From Terriglobia bacterium (lineage in GTDB: Bacteria > Acidobacteriota > Terriglobia > Versatilivoradales > Versatilivoraceae), in assembly GCA_951813285.1 (NCBI GenBank), contig OX638355.1, positions 837,136 to 901,135 of the forward strand: DNA of 64,000 nucleotides, read 5' to 3'. Both the position numbers and the translations under genes were made by a program. The number at the start of each line of letters is the position of its first letter. Position 1 is the first letter of the stretch. The notes beneath the pieces are model-generated. The model was not told the origin of the DNA. It saw only the letters and a program-made list of their open reading frames with translations, and ran no database searches. This document shows, one piece after another, positions 52,393 through 62,347 of the stretch.

Positions 52393-53766
52393 ATGCCCAC
52401 CTTGATTGACGACACCATCGCCGCCATTGCGACCCCCATGGGACGGAGCGGTATCGGGGTGATTCGCTTGAGCGGAGAGGATGCCCGAAGGATCGCGGCG
52501 ACGGTCTGTGGCTGTGGGAGCAACAGTCTGCGGGATCGCGCCACCAGCTTGCGCAGAGTCAGGCACCCGAGAACGAGAGAGGTCCTGGACCAGGCGATGG
52601 TGACCTATTTCAGGGCCCCAAGGTCGTATACTGCCGAAGATGTAGTGGAGCTCGGCTGTCACGGCAGTCCGGTGGTGCTTGAGTCCGTGATGGCAGTCCT
52701 GCTGGAATGCGGCGCCAGATTGGCGACGCCGGGCGAGTTCACCTTGAGAGCCTTTTTGCGAGGCAGGATCGATCTGGTGCAGGCGGAGGCGATTCGTGAC
52801 CTGATCGAGGCCAAGACCCTTTTTCAGGCTCGAGTGGCGCGCCAGCAGGCGGAGGGATCGCTATCCCGGCGGTTGAAGCCGATCAAGGAATTGCTGGTGA
52901 GGCTGATCTCGCTGCTGGAAGCCGGCATCGACTTTGCAGATGACGACGTGCCCGTTCTGGCGGAGGAGGCGATTCAAGAGCAGTTGGAGCCACTGGTGGC
53001 CGGGTTGCAGCAGTTGAAGGCTGGTTTTGGGCGGGGACGGTTGCTGAGTGCGGGACTAACGGTGGCCGTGGTCGGCCGCACCAACGTGGGCAAGTCTACT
53101 CTTTTCAATACGTTGGTCAATCAGGAGCGCGCCATTGTCAACGAGTCTCCCGGGACGACCCGCGACGTGGTTGCGGAAGAGGCTCAGTTGGGAGGGATTC
53201 CGGTACGATGGCTGGACACGGCCGGAATTCGCAGCTCGATGGATCCGGTGGAGCGGATTGGAATCGACAAGACCCGGGAGGTACTTGCCGATGCCGACAG
53301 GTTGCTGCTGGTGCTGGATGGATCGGTGGATCTCGCGGACGAGGACAGGAGGCTGTTGGAGGAGTTGAAACAGCAGGCCTGCTGCCTGGTCATCAACAAG
53401 ATCGACTTGCCTCAGCGGTTGCCCGGAGAAGGGATTGGGCCTGTCGAGGCACCCGTGGTCCGGGTTTCTGCCTTGACCGGTGAAGGGGTGGAAACCTTGA
53501 AGCAGGTGCTGCTTGAGGATCTGGGCCAAGGGAAGGTCACGCAGCAGGAAGGGGCCCTGGTCACCAATTTCCGCCAGCAGGAAAGGATTGGCGCGGCATT
53601 GAAAGCTTTGAAAAGAGCGGTGGGTGCCGTCGAGCAAGGGTTGCCGCACGAAGTGATTTTGCTGGACTTGCATGGAGCCTTGAGCTCGCTGAACGAACTG
53701 ACGGGAGAGACGGGGATTGAAGACATTCTGGGCCGCATCTTTCAAACCTTCTGTGTGGGCAAGTGA
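52393..53766 (+). CDS. mnmE: tRNA modification GTPase MnmE
   Basis: The G-domain motifs GRTNVGKSTLFN and DTAG are present. The C-terminus CVGK matches the CxGK signature. Confidence 0.95.
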   Translation: MPTLIDDTIAAIATPMGRSGIGVIRLSGEDARRIAATVCGCGSNSLRDRATSLRRVRHPRTREVLDQAMVTYFRAPRSYTAEDVVELGCHGSPVVLESVMAVLLECGARLATPGEFTLRAFLRGRIDLVQAEAIRDLIEAKTLFQARVARQQAEGSLSRRLKPIKELLVRLISLLEAGIDFADDDVPVLAEEAIQEQLEPLVAGLQQLKAGFGRGRLLSAGLTVAVVGRTNVGKSTLFNTLVNQERAIVNESPGTTRDVVAEEAQLGGIPVRWLDTAGIRSSMDPVERIGIDKTREVLADADRLLLVLDGSVDLADEDRRLLEELKQQACCLVINKIDLPQRLPGEGIGPVEAPVVRVSALTGEGVETLKQVLLEDLGQGKVTQQEGALVTNFRQQERIGAALKALKRAVGAVEQGLPHEVILLDLHGALSSLNELTGETGIEDILGRIFQTFCVGK

Positions 53767-53793
53767 ACCGGCGGAAACACCAGGCGGGGACTC

Positions 53794-55650
53794 GTGATGG
53801 GTAACAGCACGTTTCAAGACCATGATGTGGTAGTGATCGGCGGCGGTCATGCCGGCGTGGAAGCGGCGGTGGCGGCTGCGCGGATGGGCTTGGACACCGC
53901 GCTCTACACCATGAATGCGGACCTCATCGCTCAGATGTCCTGCAATCCAGCCATCGGGGGCATCGCCAAGGGCCATCTGGTGCGCGAGCTGGATGCGATG
54001 GGCGGCGTTATGGGAGAGGTGATCGATCGCACAGGGATTCAGTTTCGGTTGTTGAATCGCAGCCGAGGCCCAGCCGTGTGGTCGCCTCGAGCCCAGGCTG
54101 ACAAGCAGAGATATCGTGTCGCCATGCGGCGTCTGCTTGAAGGGGAGGCCCGCCTGGGTATCAAGCAGGCCGAGGTGGTGGAGATTCTGCGAGAGAACGG
54201 GCAAGTCACGGGAGTCGAGCTGGCAGATGGCCGGCGAGTGGGTGCTCGAGCCGTGGTGTTGACGACCGGCACCTTCCTGAACGGGCTGATTCATATCGGC
54301 GAGCGGAAGAGTGCGGCCGGCCGCAGCGGGGAATCGCCTTCAGTGCCGCTGGCCGAATCGATCAAGGGCATGGGTTTCGGTTGGGGGCGCATGAAGACGG
54401 GAACGCCACCGCGGCTGGATGGACGAACGATCGACTTCGGGTTGGCCGAGGAGCAGAAGGGGGATGAGCACCCCACGCCCTTCTCCTTTAGAACCAAGGA
54501 GATCCGCCAACCTCAGGTGGCCTGCTACATCGCCTACAGCAATGATCGTACTCACCAGGTCGTCCGGGAAAATCTGAGCCGATCCCCGCTCTATAGTGGA
54601 CGGATTCAGTCGATCGGCCCTCGCTACTGTCCCTCCTTCGAGGACAAGGTGGTGAAATTCCCGGAGCGGCCAAGGCATCAGATTTTTCTGGAGCCGGAAG
54701 GCCTCTCCACCAATGAGATTTATGTCAACGGCCTCTCCACCAGCATGCCGCCGGGTGTCCAGATGGAGATGGTCCGCTCCATCCGGGGCTTGGAAGAGGC
54801 AGAGCTGATCCGGCCGGGGTACGCCATTGAATATGACTACGTGGATCCGCGAGAGCTGTTTCCCTCCCTGCAAACCAAGCGAGTGGCCGGCTTGTTTCAT
54901 GCGGGCCAGATCAACGGGACCACCGGCTACGAGGAGGCTGCTTGCCAGGGGCTCATGGCCGGGATCAACGCGGCCCGATGGGTCCGAGGAGAGGAGCCGG
55001 TCGTATTGGGGAGGGACGAGGCCTATATTGGGATCCTCATCGATGACCTGGTTACCAAGGGAACCGATGAACCCTATCGTATGTTCACTTCCCGTGCCGA
55101 ATTCCGGCTGCAGTTGAGAATTGACAATGCGGATCGCAGGCTGACCCCGCTTGGCGGGAAGCTGGGACTGGTCGGGGCAGAGGCGCTGGCCGAATACGAG
55201 TCCAAGCAGAAGCGCATGGAAAGGTTGAGAGACTCTCTGAAGGAATTGCGAGTCCGGGTAGAAAGCGGCAGGATTTCCGCAAGAGAAGCCCTGAAGCGCA
55301 CGGAATTCCGCATTGAGCAGTTTGTGTCGGGGTTGCCCGGAGGCCTTCGGACCGACCTGAACCCGGAAGAAATGCGCAGCGTGGAGACGGAGATCAAGTA
55401 TGAGGGGTACCTGCGGCAGCAGAGAGCGGACATCGAAAAGATGAGACGGGCCTCGTCCAGGGTGCTGCCGGTGGATTTCGAGTATGGGAACATCGCCGGC
55501 CTTTCCCGGGAGATCGTGGAAAAGCTCTCCCGCATCCGGCCGGTGACCATCGGTCAGGCCAGCCGGATTCCGGGGATGACGCCGGCGGCGCTTTCCATCA
55601 TCCACGTCCATCTGGAACTCGAACGGCGCAAGAAGGAAGCGAGGGCATAG
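53794..55650 (+). CDS. mnmG: tRNA uridine 5-carboxymethylaminomethyl modification enzyme MnmG (GidA)
   Basis: FAD motif [13 protein letters not shown] is present. The full 618-aa GidA architecture is present. Confidence 0.95.
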   Translation: MMGNSTFQDHDVVVIGGGHAGVEAAVAAARMGLDTALYTMNADLIAQMSCNPAIGGIAKGHLVRELDAMGGVMGEVIDRTGIQFRLLNRSRGPAVWSPRAQADKQRYRVAMRRLLEGEARLGIKQAEVVEILRENGQVTGVELADGRRVGARAVVLTTGTFLNGLIHIGERKSAAGRSGESPSVPLAESIKGMGFGWGRMKTGTPPRLDGRTIDFGLAEEQKGDEHPTPFSFRTKEIRQPQVACYIAYSNDRTHQVVRENLSRSPLYSGRIQSIGPRYCPSFEDKVVKFPERPRHQIFLEPEGLSTNEIYVNGLSTSMPPGVQMEMVRSIRGLEEAELIRPGYAIEYDYVDPRELFPSLQTKRVAGLFHAGQINGTTGYEEAACQGLMAGINAARWVRGEEPVVLGRDEAYIGILIDDLVTKGTDEPYRMFTSRAEFRLQLRIDNADRRLTPLGGKLGLVGAEALAEYESKQKRMERLRDSLKELRVRVESGRISAREALKRTEFRIEQFVSGLPGGLRTDLNPEEMRSVETEIKYEGYLRQQRADIEKMRRASSRVLPVDFEYGNIAGLSREIVEKLSRIRPVTIGQASRIPGMTPAALSIIHVHLELERRKKEARA

Positions 55651-55675
55651 CCGGCATTTCTCACCAGAGCGCGCC
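55648..55675 (+). repeat. conserved ~27-nt intergenic motif, copy B
   Basis: The sequence TAGCCGGCATTTCTCACCAGAGCGCGCC begins at the mnmG stop codon and lies upstream of rsmG. Confidence 0.5.
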
Positions 55676-55745
55676 CCGCACAGTGTGTAACCGCAAGGCA
55701 TCCCAATCGGACCAACAAGTTGCTGAAAACAAATGACCTTTAATT

Positions 55746-56447
55746 ATGAGTCCGGCGACTTGGAGAGAAATGCGGGTTAGGCATGGAAGGGCAGCCGGAG
55801 GTTTGTCCGAAGGTCAGGGAGTGGAGTCCCTTCTGGGCCGATGGGGCATTGAGTGTAAAGGGCTGACGGCGGCCAGGGTGGAAGCCTACCTGGATCTTTT
55901 GGAGCAGTGGAACCGGAAGGTAAACCTGACCGGAATCCGAGACCGGGCGCAGATACTGCGAGACCTGTTCGCGGAGTCGTTCCTGGCGGCCCCTTTGCTG
56001 GCCGAAGAAGCCGGGCCCCTGTTGGACGTGGGCTCGGGTGCAGGATTCCCTGGGATGGCATTGAAAATTTATCGGCCGGAACTCTCGGTTTATCTCTTGG
56101 AGCCTCGCGCAAAGCGGGCCGGCTTTCTGGAGACGGTTCGTCGCCGGCTGGGCCTGGAGGGCGTGTTTGTGATGCGCAAACGGCTGGAGGAGTGTCTGCC
56201 GTCCGATTTCGCCCTCTCCCCCCGCACGGTCACGCTGCGCGGCCTGGGGGCTGTCGGCGCCAAGCTGGCTTGCTGCGACAGGCTGATCCAGGGCCGGGTG
56301 AATTTGGTGCTGTTCACCACCAGGAGAATATGGGACGGGGAGGTCCGGCGATTGCCTGGCGTGGATTGGTCGGTTCCAGTCCAGGTTCCCTGGAGCCGCC
56401 AGCGCCTGTTGGTGCGTGGCGTCAGGGAAAACCAGTGTTCCACGTGA
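55746..56447 (+). CDS. rsmG: 16S rRNA (guanine527-N7)-methyltransferase RsmG (GidB)
   Basis: The SAM motif LLDVGSGAGFPGMALKI is present. The stop codon lies inside the first parS site. Confidence 0.9.
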   Translation: MSPATWREMRVRHGRAAGGLSEGQGVESLLGRWGIECKGLTAARVEAYLDLLEQWNRKVNLTGIRDRAQILRDLFAESFLAAPLLAEEAGPLLDVGSGAGFPGMALKIYRPELSVYLLEPRAKRAGFLETVRRRLGLEGVFVMRKRLEECLPSDFALSPRTVTLRGLGAVGAKLACCDRLIQGRVNLVLFTTRRIWDGEVRRLPGVDWSVPVQVPWSRQRLLVRGVRENQCST

Positions 56448-56451
56448 AACA
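56436..56451. other. parS: parS centromere-like site 1
   Basis: An exact match to the Bacillus-type parS consensus TGTTCCACGTGAAACA is seen in the sequence. It overlaps the rsmG stop codon. Confidence 0.85.
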
Positions 56452-56470
56452 TCGAGACAAAGTGGGTCAA

Positions 56471-56486
56471 TGTTCCACGTGAAACA
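56471..56486. other. parS: parS centromere-like site 2
   Basis: A second exact copy TGTTCCACGTGAAACA lies 35 bp downstream of site 1 and upstream of parA. Confidence 0.85.
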
Positions 56487-56618
56487 TCGGGGCGGCGGAG
56501 GACGAATCGGTTGAGTTTTGCCGGTGGTTCTGTTAGTAGTTGGCTGCTTCCAACCTGTCCAGGCGGGAAGAGCTCGCACTCCGAACTCCTTCAGTTGTTC
56601 TGAACTCAAGGGACCCCC

Positions 56619-57404
56619 TTGGCGAAAGTCATCGCCATCGCCAACCAAAAGGGTGGTGTCGGGAAAACCACCACCGGCATCAACCTGGCCGCATCCCTGG
56701 CCGCAGCCGAGATGAAAACGCTGCTGGTGGACTGCGACCCCCAAGCCAATGCCACCAGCGGCTTGGGTTTTCCCAAAAGCGCCTCCAGAAAGAGTCTCTA
56801 TCACCTCCTCTCGGGAGAGATCCGCTGGCAACAGGGGGTGCTCCACACCGAAATGGAGAGGATGGACATTGTTCCTGCCGATCAGAACCTGACCGGTGCA
56901 TTGGTGGAACTGGTGGAGGTCGACCGTCGCGAGTTCCGCTTGAAAGAGGCGATCGAGCCCCTCCGCAGGAAATATCAATTTATCCTGCTCGATTGTCCCC
57001 CCTCACTGAATCTCTTGACCCTCAATGCTTTGGTGGCGGCAGACTCCATCCTGATTCCCATCCAGTGCGAGTACTTTGCCTTGGAAGGAGTGTCGGAGAT
57101 GTTGGAGACGATGGTCCAGGTTCGCCGGCAATGGAATCCGGGCCTGTCGGTGGAAGGGTTTCTCTTGACCATGTTCGATGAGCGCACCAATCTCAGCCGG
57201 CAGGTGGCCGCGGACCTGCGCGCCTTCTTCGCGGGCCAGGTGTTCCGGACCGTCATCCCGAGGAATGTCCGGCTGGCGGAAGCGCCCAGCCATGGGAAAC
57301 CCATCATTCTTTACGATGTAAAGTCCAAGGGAGCCGGCAGCTATATACAATTGGCTCTGGAGGTGATCGATCATGGCAAGAAAGGCGCTCGGAAGGGGAA
57401 TTAG
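56619..57404 (+). CDS. parA: chromosome partitioning ATPase ParA (Soj)
   Basis: The deviant Walker A motif KVIAIANQKGGVGKTTT is present. Confidence 0.93.
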   Translation: MAKVIAIANQKGGVGKTTTGINLAASLAAAEMKTLLVDCDPQANATSGLGFPKSASRKSLYHLLSGEIRWQQGVLHTEMERMDIVPADQNLTGALVELVEVDRREFRLKEAIEPLRRKYQFILLDCPPSLNLLTLNALVAADSILIPIQCEYFALEGVSEMLETMVQVRRQWNPGLSVEGFLLTMFDERTNLSRQVAADLRAFFAGQVFRTVIPRNVRLAEAPSHGKPIILYDVKSKGAGSYIQLALEVIDHGKKGARKGN

Positions 57405-58221
57405 CGCGCTGCTGGGTGCGGCCAGACCCGAGGTGGATTCGAGCTTGCGAGAACTGGAGGTGGCATTGCTGGAACCCAATCCCTTCCAGACTCGAGAGAT
57501 CTTTGACAAGGACAGGTTGCGGGAGTTGGCGCGCTCCCTGGAGGTGAACGGATTCGTTCAGCCCATTGCGGTTCGCCAGGTCGGGGACCGTTTTCAGATC
57601 ATCGCGGGAGAACGGCGTTGGCGGGCGGCCCAACTTCTGGGGCTGCGCAAGATTCCGGCCGTTGTCAGGCCTCTTGACGACGACCAGTTGATGCAAGCCG
57701 CCCTGATCGAGAACCTGCAGCGAGAAAACCTCAATCCAATGGAGGAAGCCCGCGCCTACTCTCGCCTGGCCAACGAATTCGGATTGACTCAGGAGGAAGT
57801 TGCCCGCAGGACCGGCAAGGAGCGCTCGACCGTGACCAACTTTTTGCGGCTGCTAAGGTTGCCGGCTCCGGTGCAGCAGTTGGTCAAGGGGAGGAAACTC
57901 TCCATGGGCCATGCCAGGGCGCTGCTGGCCCTGGACGATCCCCAGGCCCAGCAAACCTTGGCTGCCCAGGCATCGACGCGGGGATGGTCGGTCCGGCGGA
58001 TCGAAAGGCTGATTGCGCAACAAAAGAAATCCACCGGGAAAACGAAGGAGAAGGAAGGGAAGGGGCTGGATCCGAATGTCAAGGCCGCCGCGGCCAAGCT
58101 GGAGACATCCCTGGGGACCAGGGTGCGTATCGTCCCCGACGGCAACCGCGGCCGGATCGAAATTGAATACTACTCCCAGGAGGAGCTGCAACGGCTCTAT
58201 CAGCGCTTGCTCACTAATTAG
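57373..58221 (+). CDS. parB: chromosome partitioning protein ParB (Spo0J)
   Basis: The ParB box GERRWRAAQLLG and the HTH region are present. The gene overlaps the parA 3' end. Confidence 0.93.
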   Translation: MARKALGRGISALLGAARPEVDSSLRELEVALLEPNPFQTREIFDKDRLRELARSLEVNGFVQPIAVRQVGDRFQIIAGERRWRAAQLLGLRKIPAVVRPLDDDQLMQAALIENLQRENLNPMEEARAYSRLANEFGLTQEEVARRTGKERSTVTNFLRLLRLPAPVQQLVKGRKLSMGHARALLALDDPQAQQTLAAQASTRGWSVRRIERLIAQQKKSTGKTKEKEGKGLDPNVKAAAAKLETSLGTRVRIVPDGNRGRIEIEYYSQEELQRLYQRLLTN

Positions 58222-58933
58222 GCTCTGATCGTGCCGCGCGGGCGGGGCGAAACTCGGCGACGGAAGCCGGGATGGCCAGGTCCTGGACAAATTTCATTCG
58301 AAAAACCGTTCCGGCCGGCAGGCGGATCTCCCTGCCACGGGTCAGCAGGATCCCCACGATGGCCCCCGCGACAGGTCCCGCGATGGCAGCCCCCAGGCTG
58401 CCTGTCGTAATGGCGATCGGGAGAGATGCCATGGACCCGACCGACGCGCCCTGCTGAGCTCTTCCCAAATCGTGGCCGATGTCCCGGTTGGCTTGCAGCT
58501 TGCCTTCTTCGTCGGCTCGAATCTTCTCGTCCAGGAGAATATCGTCGGCTGCATCCACCGACACGGCGATCGGTTCGGTCCCGTAGTGTGTCTCCAACCC
58601 ATCCATCAGCGCGTATAGCTGGGCTTTCCCCTTGACTCTTCCAGGCCGCTTGACGAAAGTCACCCGCCCGGAGAGTTCCACGCCTCGAGGCAGCACGTGC
58701 TCCTCATCGATTCGCAGCGGCTCATACAGCGTCCAGTAGAGATGGTCGCCCTTTTCCGAGAGCTTGGTGCTGACCGGCGTCTGCAAGGAGGCTTTGAACC
58801 GGGTTCCGGCCTGAATGGTGAGCGTTTGCTCCGGCGCGGCGTTATGAGCGGAGGGGGTTTGGGCAGCCAGCCCCAGCGGTTGATGGAGGCCCAGCAGGAT
58901 TGCAAGAGCCCAAAGAGCGAATTCTCTTCTCAT
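58214..58933 (-). CDS. hypothetical secreted protein with C-terminal glycine-zipper segment
   Basis: The signal peptide is MRREFALWALAILLGLHQPLGLAA. The C-terminal segment is ITTGSLGAAIAGPVAGAIVGILL. The RBS is CAGGAGA. Confidence 0.45.
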   Translation of the reverse strand: MRREFALWALAILLGLHQPLGLAAQTPSAHNAAPEQTLTIQAGTRFKASLQTPVSTKLSEKGDHLYWTLYEPLRIDEEHVLPRGVELSGRVTFVKRPGRVKGKAQLYALMDGLETHYGTEPIAVSVDAADDILLDEKIRADEEGKLQANRDIGHDLGRAQQGASVGSMASLPIAITTGSLGAAIAGPVAGAIVGILLTRGREIRLPAGTVFRMKFVQDLAIPASVAEFRPARAARSEPN

Positions 58934-58980
58934 GACGGTCTCCTGATGCTTCTGTGGCTGATTGGAAAAGGGTCCCGAGC

Positions 58981-59643
58981 TTACTTAAGTTCAATATCGA
59001 AATATAATAATTTTTGTTTTGTTCTATTGTTTTCTACGTCAGGAATAATTATTTTACAGCCGTTGAGGCGTGATTTTCTCGTCGGAAGCTGGAAGAAGAC
59101 AAAGCCCCAAGCCGTGGCCCTGGGGCGAATGCGGCGTTTGAGCGATTTTCGAATGAAGTCGGCCTCGATCTCGAAAGCCTGTTTTTCCAGACGGCTAGCG
59201 CCAATTCGGGACCCTGGCAGGGGAAGGGGGTTGAGAGGCCCCCGGCGACGGCGGGCTTGTCTCAGGACCATGTCGACCACTGCTTTGGGCGGCAGGGCCT
59301 GCAGAGACCCATATTCGGGATCCAGCAAGGTGATGCTTGCGCCGTCGACGGAAAGCGCGTCAGAGCCCTGGTTGCTGATGATGAGGTTGATCGGAACCAG
59401 GCCCAGCTTGGAGAGGCCCTTGATGTCGAAGGCGGTCCGTATCCTGGCTTCCGACGGACAGGGGTCGGCGGCGATGGTCACCGGCCCCTGGCTTTGACGA
59501 GAGGGGTAGTCTTCCACCGGGCCGACCTTGACGGCCAGATTCTTGTAGGCCCCCCAGGCCGACCCCGCCGGCAGCAAGCACCAGAGGCAGAGAAAAGAAA
59601 CCTGGCGGAGGGCGGTTCGTCCGTCCGGGCGGCGATGCGGCAT
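58981..59643 (-). CDS. hypothetical secreted protein
   Basis: A signal-peptide-like N-terminus (LRQVSFLCLWCLLPAGSAWGA) is present. No recognisable domain was found. The last ~25 codons are encoded by an anomalously AT-rich stretch. Confidence 0.4.
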   Translation of the reverse strand: MPHRRPDGRTALRQVSFLCLWCLLPAGSAWGAYKNLAVKVGPVEDYPSRQSQGPVTIAADPCPSEARIRTAFDIKGLSKLGLVPINLIISNQGSDALSVDGASITLLDPEYGSLQALPPKAVVDMVLRQARRRRGPLNPLPLPGSRIGASRLEKQAFEIEADFIRKSLKRRIRPRATAWGFVFFQLPTRKSRLNGCKIIIPDVENNRTKQKLLYFDIELK

Positions 59644-59673
59644 TCCGATGGCCCCGCTCCCTTTCATGAGTCC

Positions 59674-59700
59674 AAGCCCGCATTTCTCCCCGGGTCGCCG
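59674..59700 (+). repeat. conserved ~27-nt intergenic motif, copy C (more diverged)
   Basis: The sequence AAGCCCGCATTTCTCCCCGGGTCGCCG lies between two minus-strand genes. AGCCCGC pairs with the downstream GCGGGCT. Confidence 0.4.
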
Positions 59701-59782
59701 ACAACCGGCGGGCTGGGGCTCCTCTTTCCTGATGCCGGGTTGGAGTTCCAGGATGCTTCATTATAACCGGTTCCGCACGAGG

Positions 59783-60625
59783 TCAGGGCAACGGGGCGTC
59801 CAGGCCCTGCAGAACGCCCTGCAGATAACCGATGGCCCTGGCCGCGGCGGTGCTTCCGTCGGGCCGGTATTGGAAGGGTTCCACCGACACCAGCCCCTCG
59901 TACCGGTGTCGCCGCAGGGCTTGCAGCATGGGGCCGAAGTTGAGGTCTCCCTGTCCCGGAGCCAGTCCGCCGGGATCGTTGAGGTGCACGTGGGCGATGG
60001 CCCCCGAGGGAAGCCAGCGATCCACCAGCTGCGGCAGGGAAGCCGGCTCCGAGTGGGACGCGGCCCGGGTGTCGAGCATGGTGCGCAGCGAGGGGTTGCC
60101 CACGGCCTCCATCATGTCGACGGCCGCGCCGATGGTGTTGATGAAGTTGGTGTCGTGCGCCGCCAAGGGCTCGATGCAGTAGAGGACGCCGGCTTGAGAA
60201 GCCCGGCCGGCGATGGTTGTCCAGAGATCGCGGGCACGATTCCAGGCTTCCAGGGGATCGTCGTCCGCCGCCACCTGGCGTTGCTTGGGAGAGCCGTGAA
60301 CCAGCACCCTGCCGCCGAGGTCGGCGCACAGGTCGACGAGTCGCTGGAGGAAATCAATGGTCGTCTGGCGGACGCCGGGGTCGGCAGCGGTGATCGACAG
60401 TCCCGGTGGTGTCAGAAGCAACCAGTGGAGACCGGTGATGGATATGCCGGCCTCGGCAGCCGCCCGGCGGAGCTGGGTCCGTTGGTCGGCCGAGAGGAGA
60501 TGAGGTTTCTCTCCCAGGGTGAAGGGCGCCAGTTCCAGACCGCTATACCCGAGCGCCGCGGCCTGTTCGCACTGGGCCGGGAACGTCAGGTCTCGGAGGA
60601 CTTCGTTGCAGAGTGCGAATTTCAT
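59783..60625 (-). CDS. sugar phosphate isomerase/epimerase (xylose isomerase-like TIM barrel)
   Basis: The 280-aa protein starts MKFALCNEVL...GYSGLELA and carries HVHLNDP, which are typical AP-endonuclease-2/TIM barrel family motifs. Confidence 0.7.
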   Translation of the reverse strand: MKFALCNEVLRDLTFPAQCEQAAALGYSGLELAPFTLGEKPHLLSADQRTQLRRAAAEAGISITGLHWLLLTPPGLSITAADPGVRQTTIDFLQRLVDLCADLGGRVLVHGSPKQRQVAADDDPLEAWNRARDLWTTIAGRASQAGVLYCIEPLAAHDTNFINTIGAAVDMMEAVGNPSLRTMLDTRAASHSEPASLPQLVDRWLPSGAIAHVHLNDPGGLAPGQGDLNFGPMLQALRRHRYEGLVSVEPFQYRPDGSTAAARAIGYLQGVLQGLDAPLP

Positions 60626-60655
60626 CCAGGTTCTCCTTGGGGGGCGCCGTGCCTT

Positions 60656-61024
60656 CTACCTGAGAGCCAGTTGAAGGATGGAAAGCAGGCTGGCGCCCGT
60701 GAAGGGCTTTGGAAGGAAGAGGATGCAGCCTGAGGAAAAACTCTTCTGGAGCATGCCGGGCTCGCTGCTGGCAGTGATCGTGATCACCGGCAGGTCCTTC
60801 ATATTGGGGTCGGCTTTGATTGTTTCCGTCAACTCGGGGCCGTCCAGGCCCGGCATGAGCGCGTCGGTGATGATGGCGTCGAAACTCGATCGCCTCAATC
60901 TGTCCAGGGCCTGTCGACCATCGCCGGCCGTGGTCACACGGTAGTTCTTTTGGGTCAGAATCGTCTGGACCAACGCCAGAATATGGGGGTCGTCGTCCAC
61001 AACCAGAATGTGTTTGGGGTCCAT
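60656..61024 (-). CDS. single-domain response regulator (CheY-like receiver)
   Basis: HILVVDDD begins the receiver domain, the phospho-acceptor Asp is in AIITDALMPGLDG, and PVITITA follows. No output domain is present. Confidence 0.75.
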   Translation of the reverse strand: MDPKHILVVDDDPHILALVQTILTQKNYRVTTAGDGRQALDRLRRSSFDAIITDALMPGLDGPELTETIKADPNMKDLPVITITASSEPGMLQKSFSSGCILFLPKPFTGASLLSILQLALR

Positions 61025-61119
61025 GGGCGGATTCGAGATGGGGGGGTGGGGCCGGGGAGCGGCCAAAGGAGGGAGAGCGGGCACCATTGTAGCCGACATC
61101 GCATGGGAAAGGGAGGAGA

Positions 61120-61988
61120 TCAACAAATCTTGCCGATGGCGGCCAGCATTCTTCCGGTGCTCCCTCGGCCCCCCCGGTAGGAATAAAAGGCGTCTCTATT
61201 GCAGCAGGTGCAGGGTGGATGGCTGAAGATGCTCTTGTCGGGGAGTCCCGCGTTTTCCAGTTGGCAGCGGCAGGCAGCCGACAGGTCCAGCATGCGCCGG
61301 GAGTTTCCGGGATTGTCCGAAGGCCCGGTTCCGGCGGAGAAGGCCCGTCCGGGAGATTGCAAGTCCCGCCACAACTCGGGCCGGCCGCGAAAAGCCTCCT
61401 CGAAAGGCGCGGCCACATCCCGGCCCACTTCATAGCAGCAGGGGCCGATCGAAGGCCCGATGACGGCCAGGCAGTGCCCCGGATCGGAGGCGTATCGGGA
61501 CTGCATGCGCGCCAGGGTCCGGGGGACCACCCCCGCCAGGATGCCTCGCCAACCGGCGTGGACGGCCGCCAGGATCCGTTTCGACCTGTCGACGATGAGC
61601 ACGGGCAGACAATCGGCCACCTGCACGGCCAACAGCAGTCCGGAGCGATGGGTAATCAGGGCGTCTCCCTCTGCCGGCAGGGTTCCCGGAGCCAACCGGT
61701 CCAGGCAAACGACGCCGTCGGAATGGCATTGGCGCAGCCGAACCAGGATCATGTTCTTTCCGGCCGGGCCGGTGACAAAGTCGGTCTGAATCGGGAGGGG
61801 TTTGACATCTTCTCCGGATTGCCCGAAACTCGAATCGCCCAGCGCCGGGCGGTCTCGCAGGCTGAATCCGTGAACCAGCCACGGACAGGCTGCCAGCGCC
61901 GGGTGTTGCAGGAATAGACCGCCGGGGCCCAGGTCATAAGGGTCTCCTCTGTGACGAGGCAAAAGGGTCGTGATCGTCGGAACCGGCA
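61120..61988 (-). CDS. pgeF: peptidoglycan editing factor PgeF (YfiH/DUF152, Cu-oxidase_4)
   Basis: VHGFSLRD, AVQVADCLPVL and AVHAGWRGILAGV match the conserved His/Cys/His triad region. Confidence 0.8.
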
Positions 61989-62347
61989 TTGACCTTGTCG
62001 AGATCAGCAAGCTGAGAGCAGCCATGGAGCGGCGGGGTGACCGCTTGCGGAACCGGATATTCACGCCGGACGAGATCCGCTATTGCGACCGGCGCCCCAA
62101 CCCCTTTCAACACTACGCAGCCCGGTTCGCCGCCAAGGAGGCTCTCTTCAAGGCCCTCGGGACGGGATGGAGCGGTGGCGTGGGCTGGCGTGATGCCGAA
62201 GTTCGCAACAGGACCAGCGGGGAACCGGATCTGCTGCTCTCCGGAAAAGCCCTGGAGGTGGCTCGCCAACTGGGGGCGGCCCGCTACCGGGTCAGCCTGT
62301 CCCACACCGATGGCTACGCCGTGGCCCAGGTCATCCTCGAGGACTGA
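61970..62347 (+). CDS. acpS: holo-[acyl-carrier-protein] synthase
   Basis: The N-terminus is IVGTGIDLVEISKL and FAAKEALFKALG is present. The predicted start is GTG. Confidence 0.85.
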   Translation: MIVGTGIDLVEISKLRAAMERRGDRLRNRIFTPDEIRYCDRRPNPFQHYAARFAAKEALFKALGTGWSGGVGWRDAEVRNRTSGEPDLLLSGKALEVARQLGAARYRVSLSHTDGYAVAQVILED

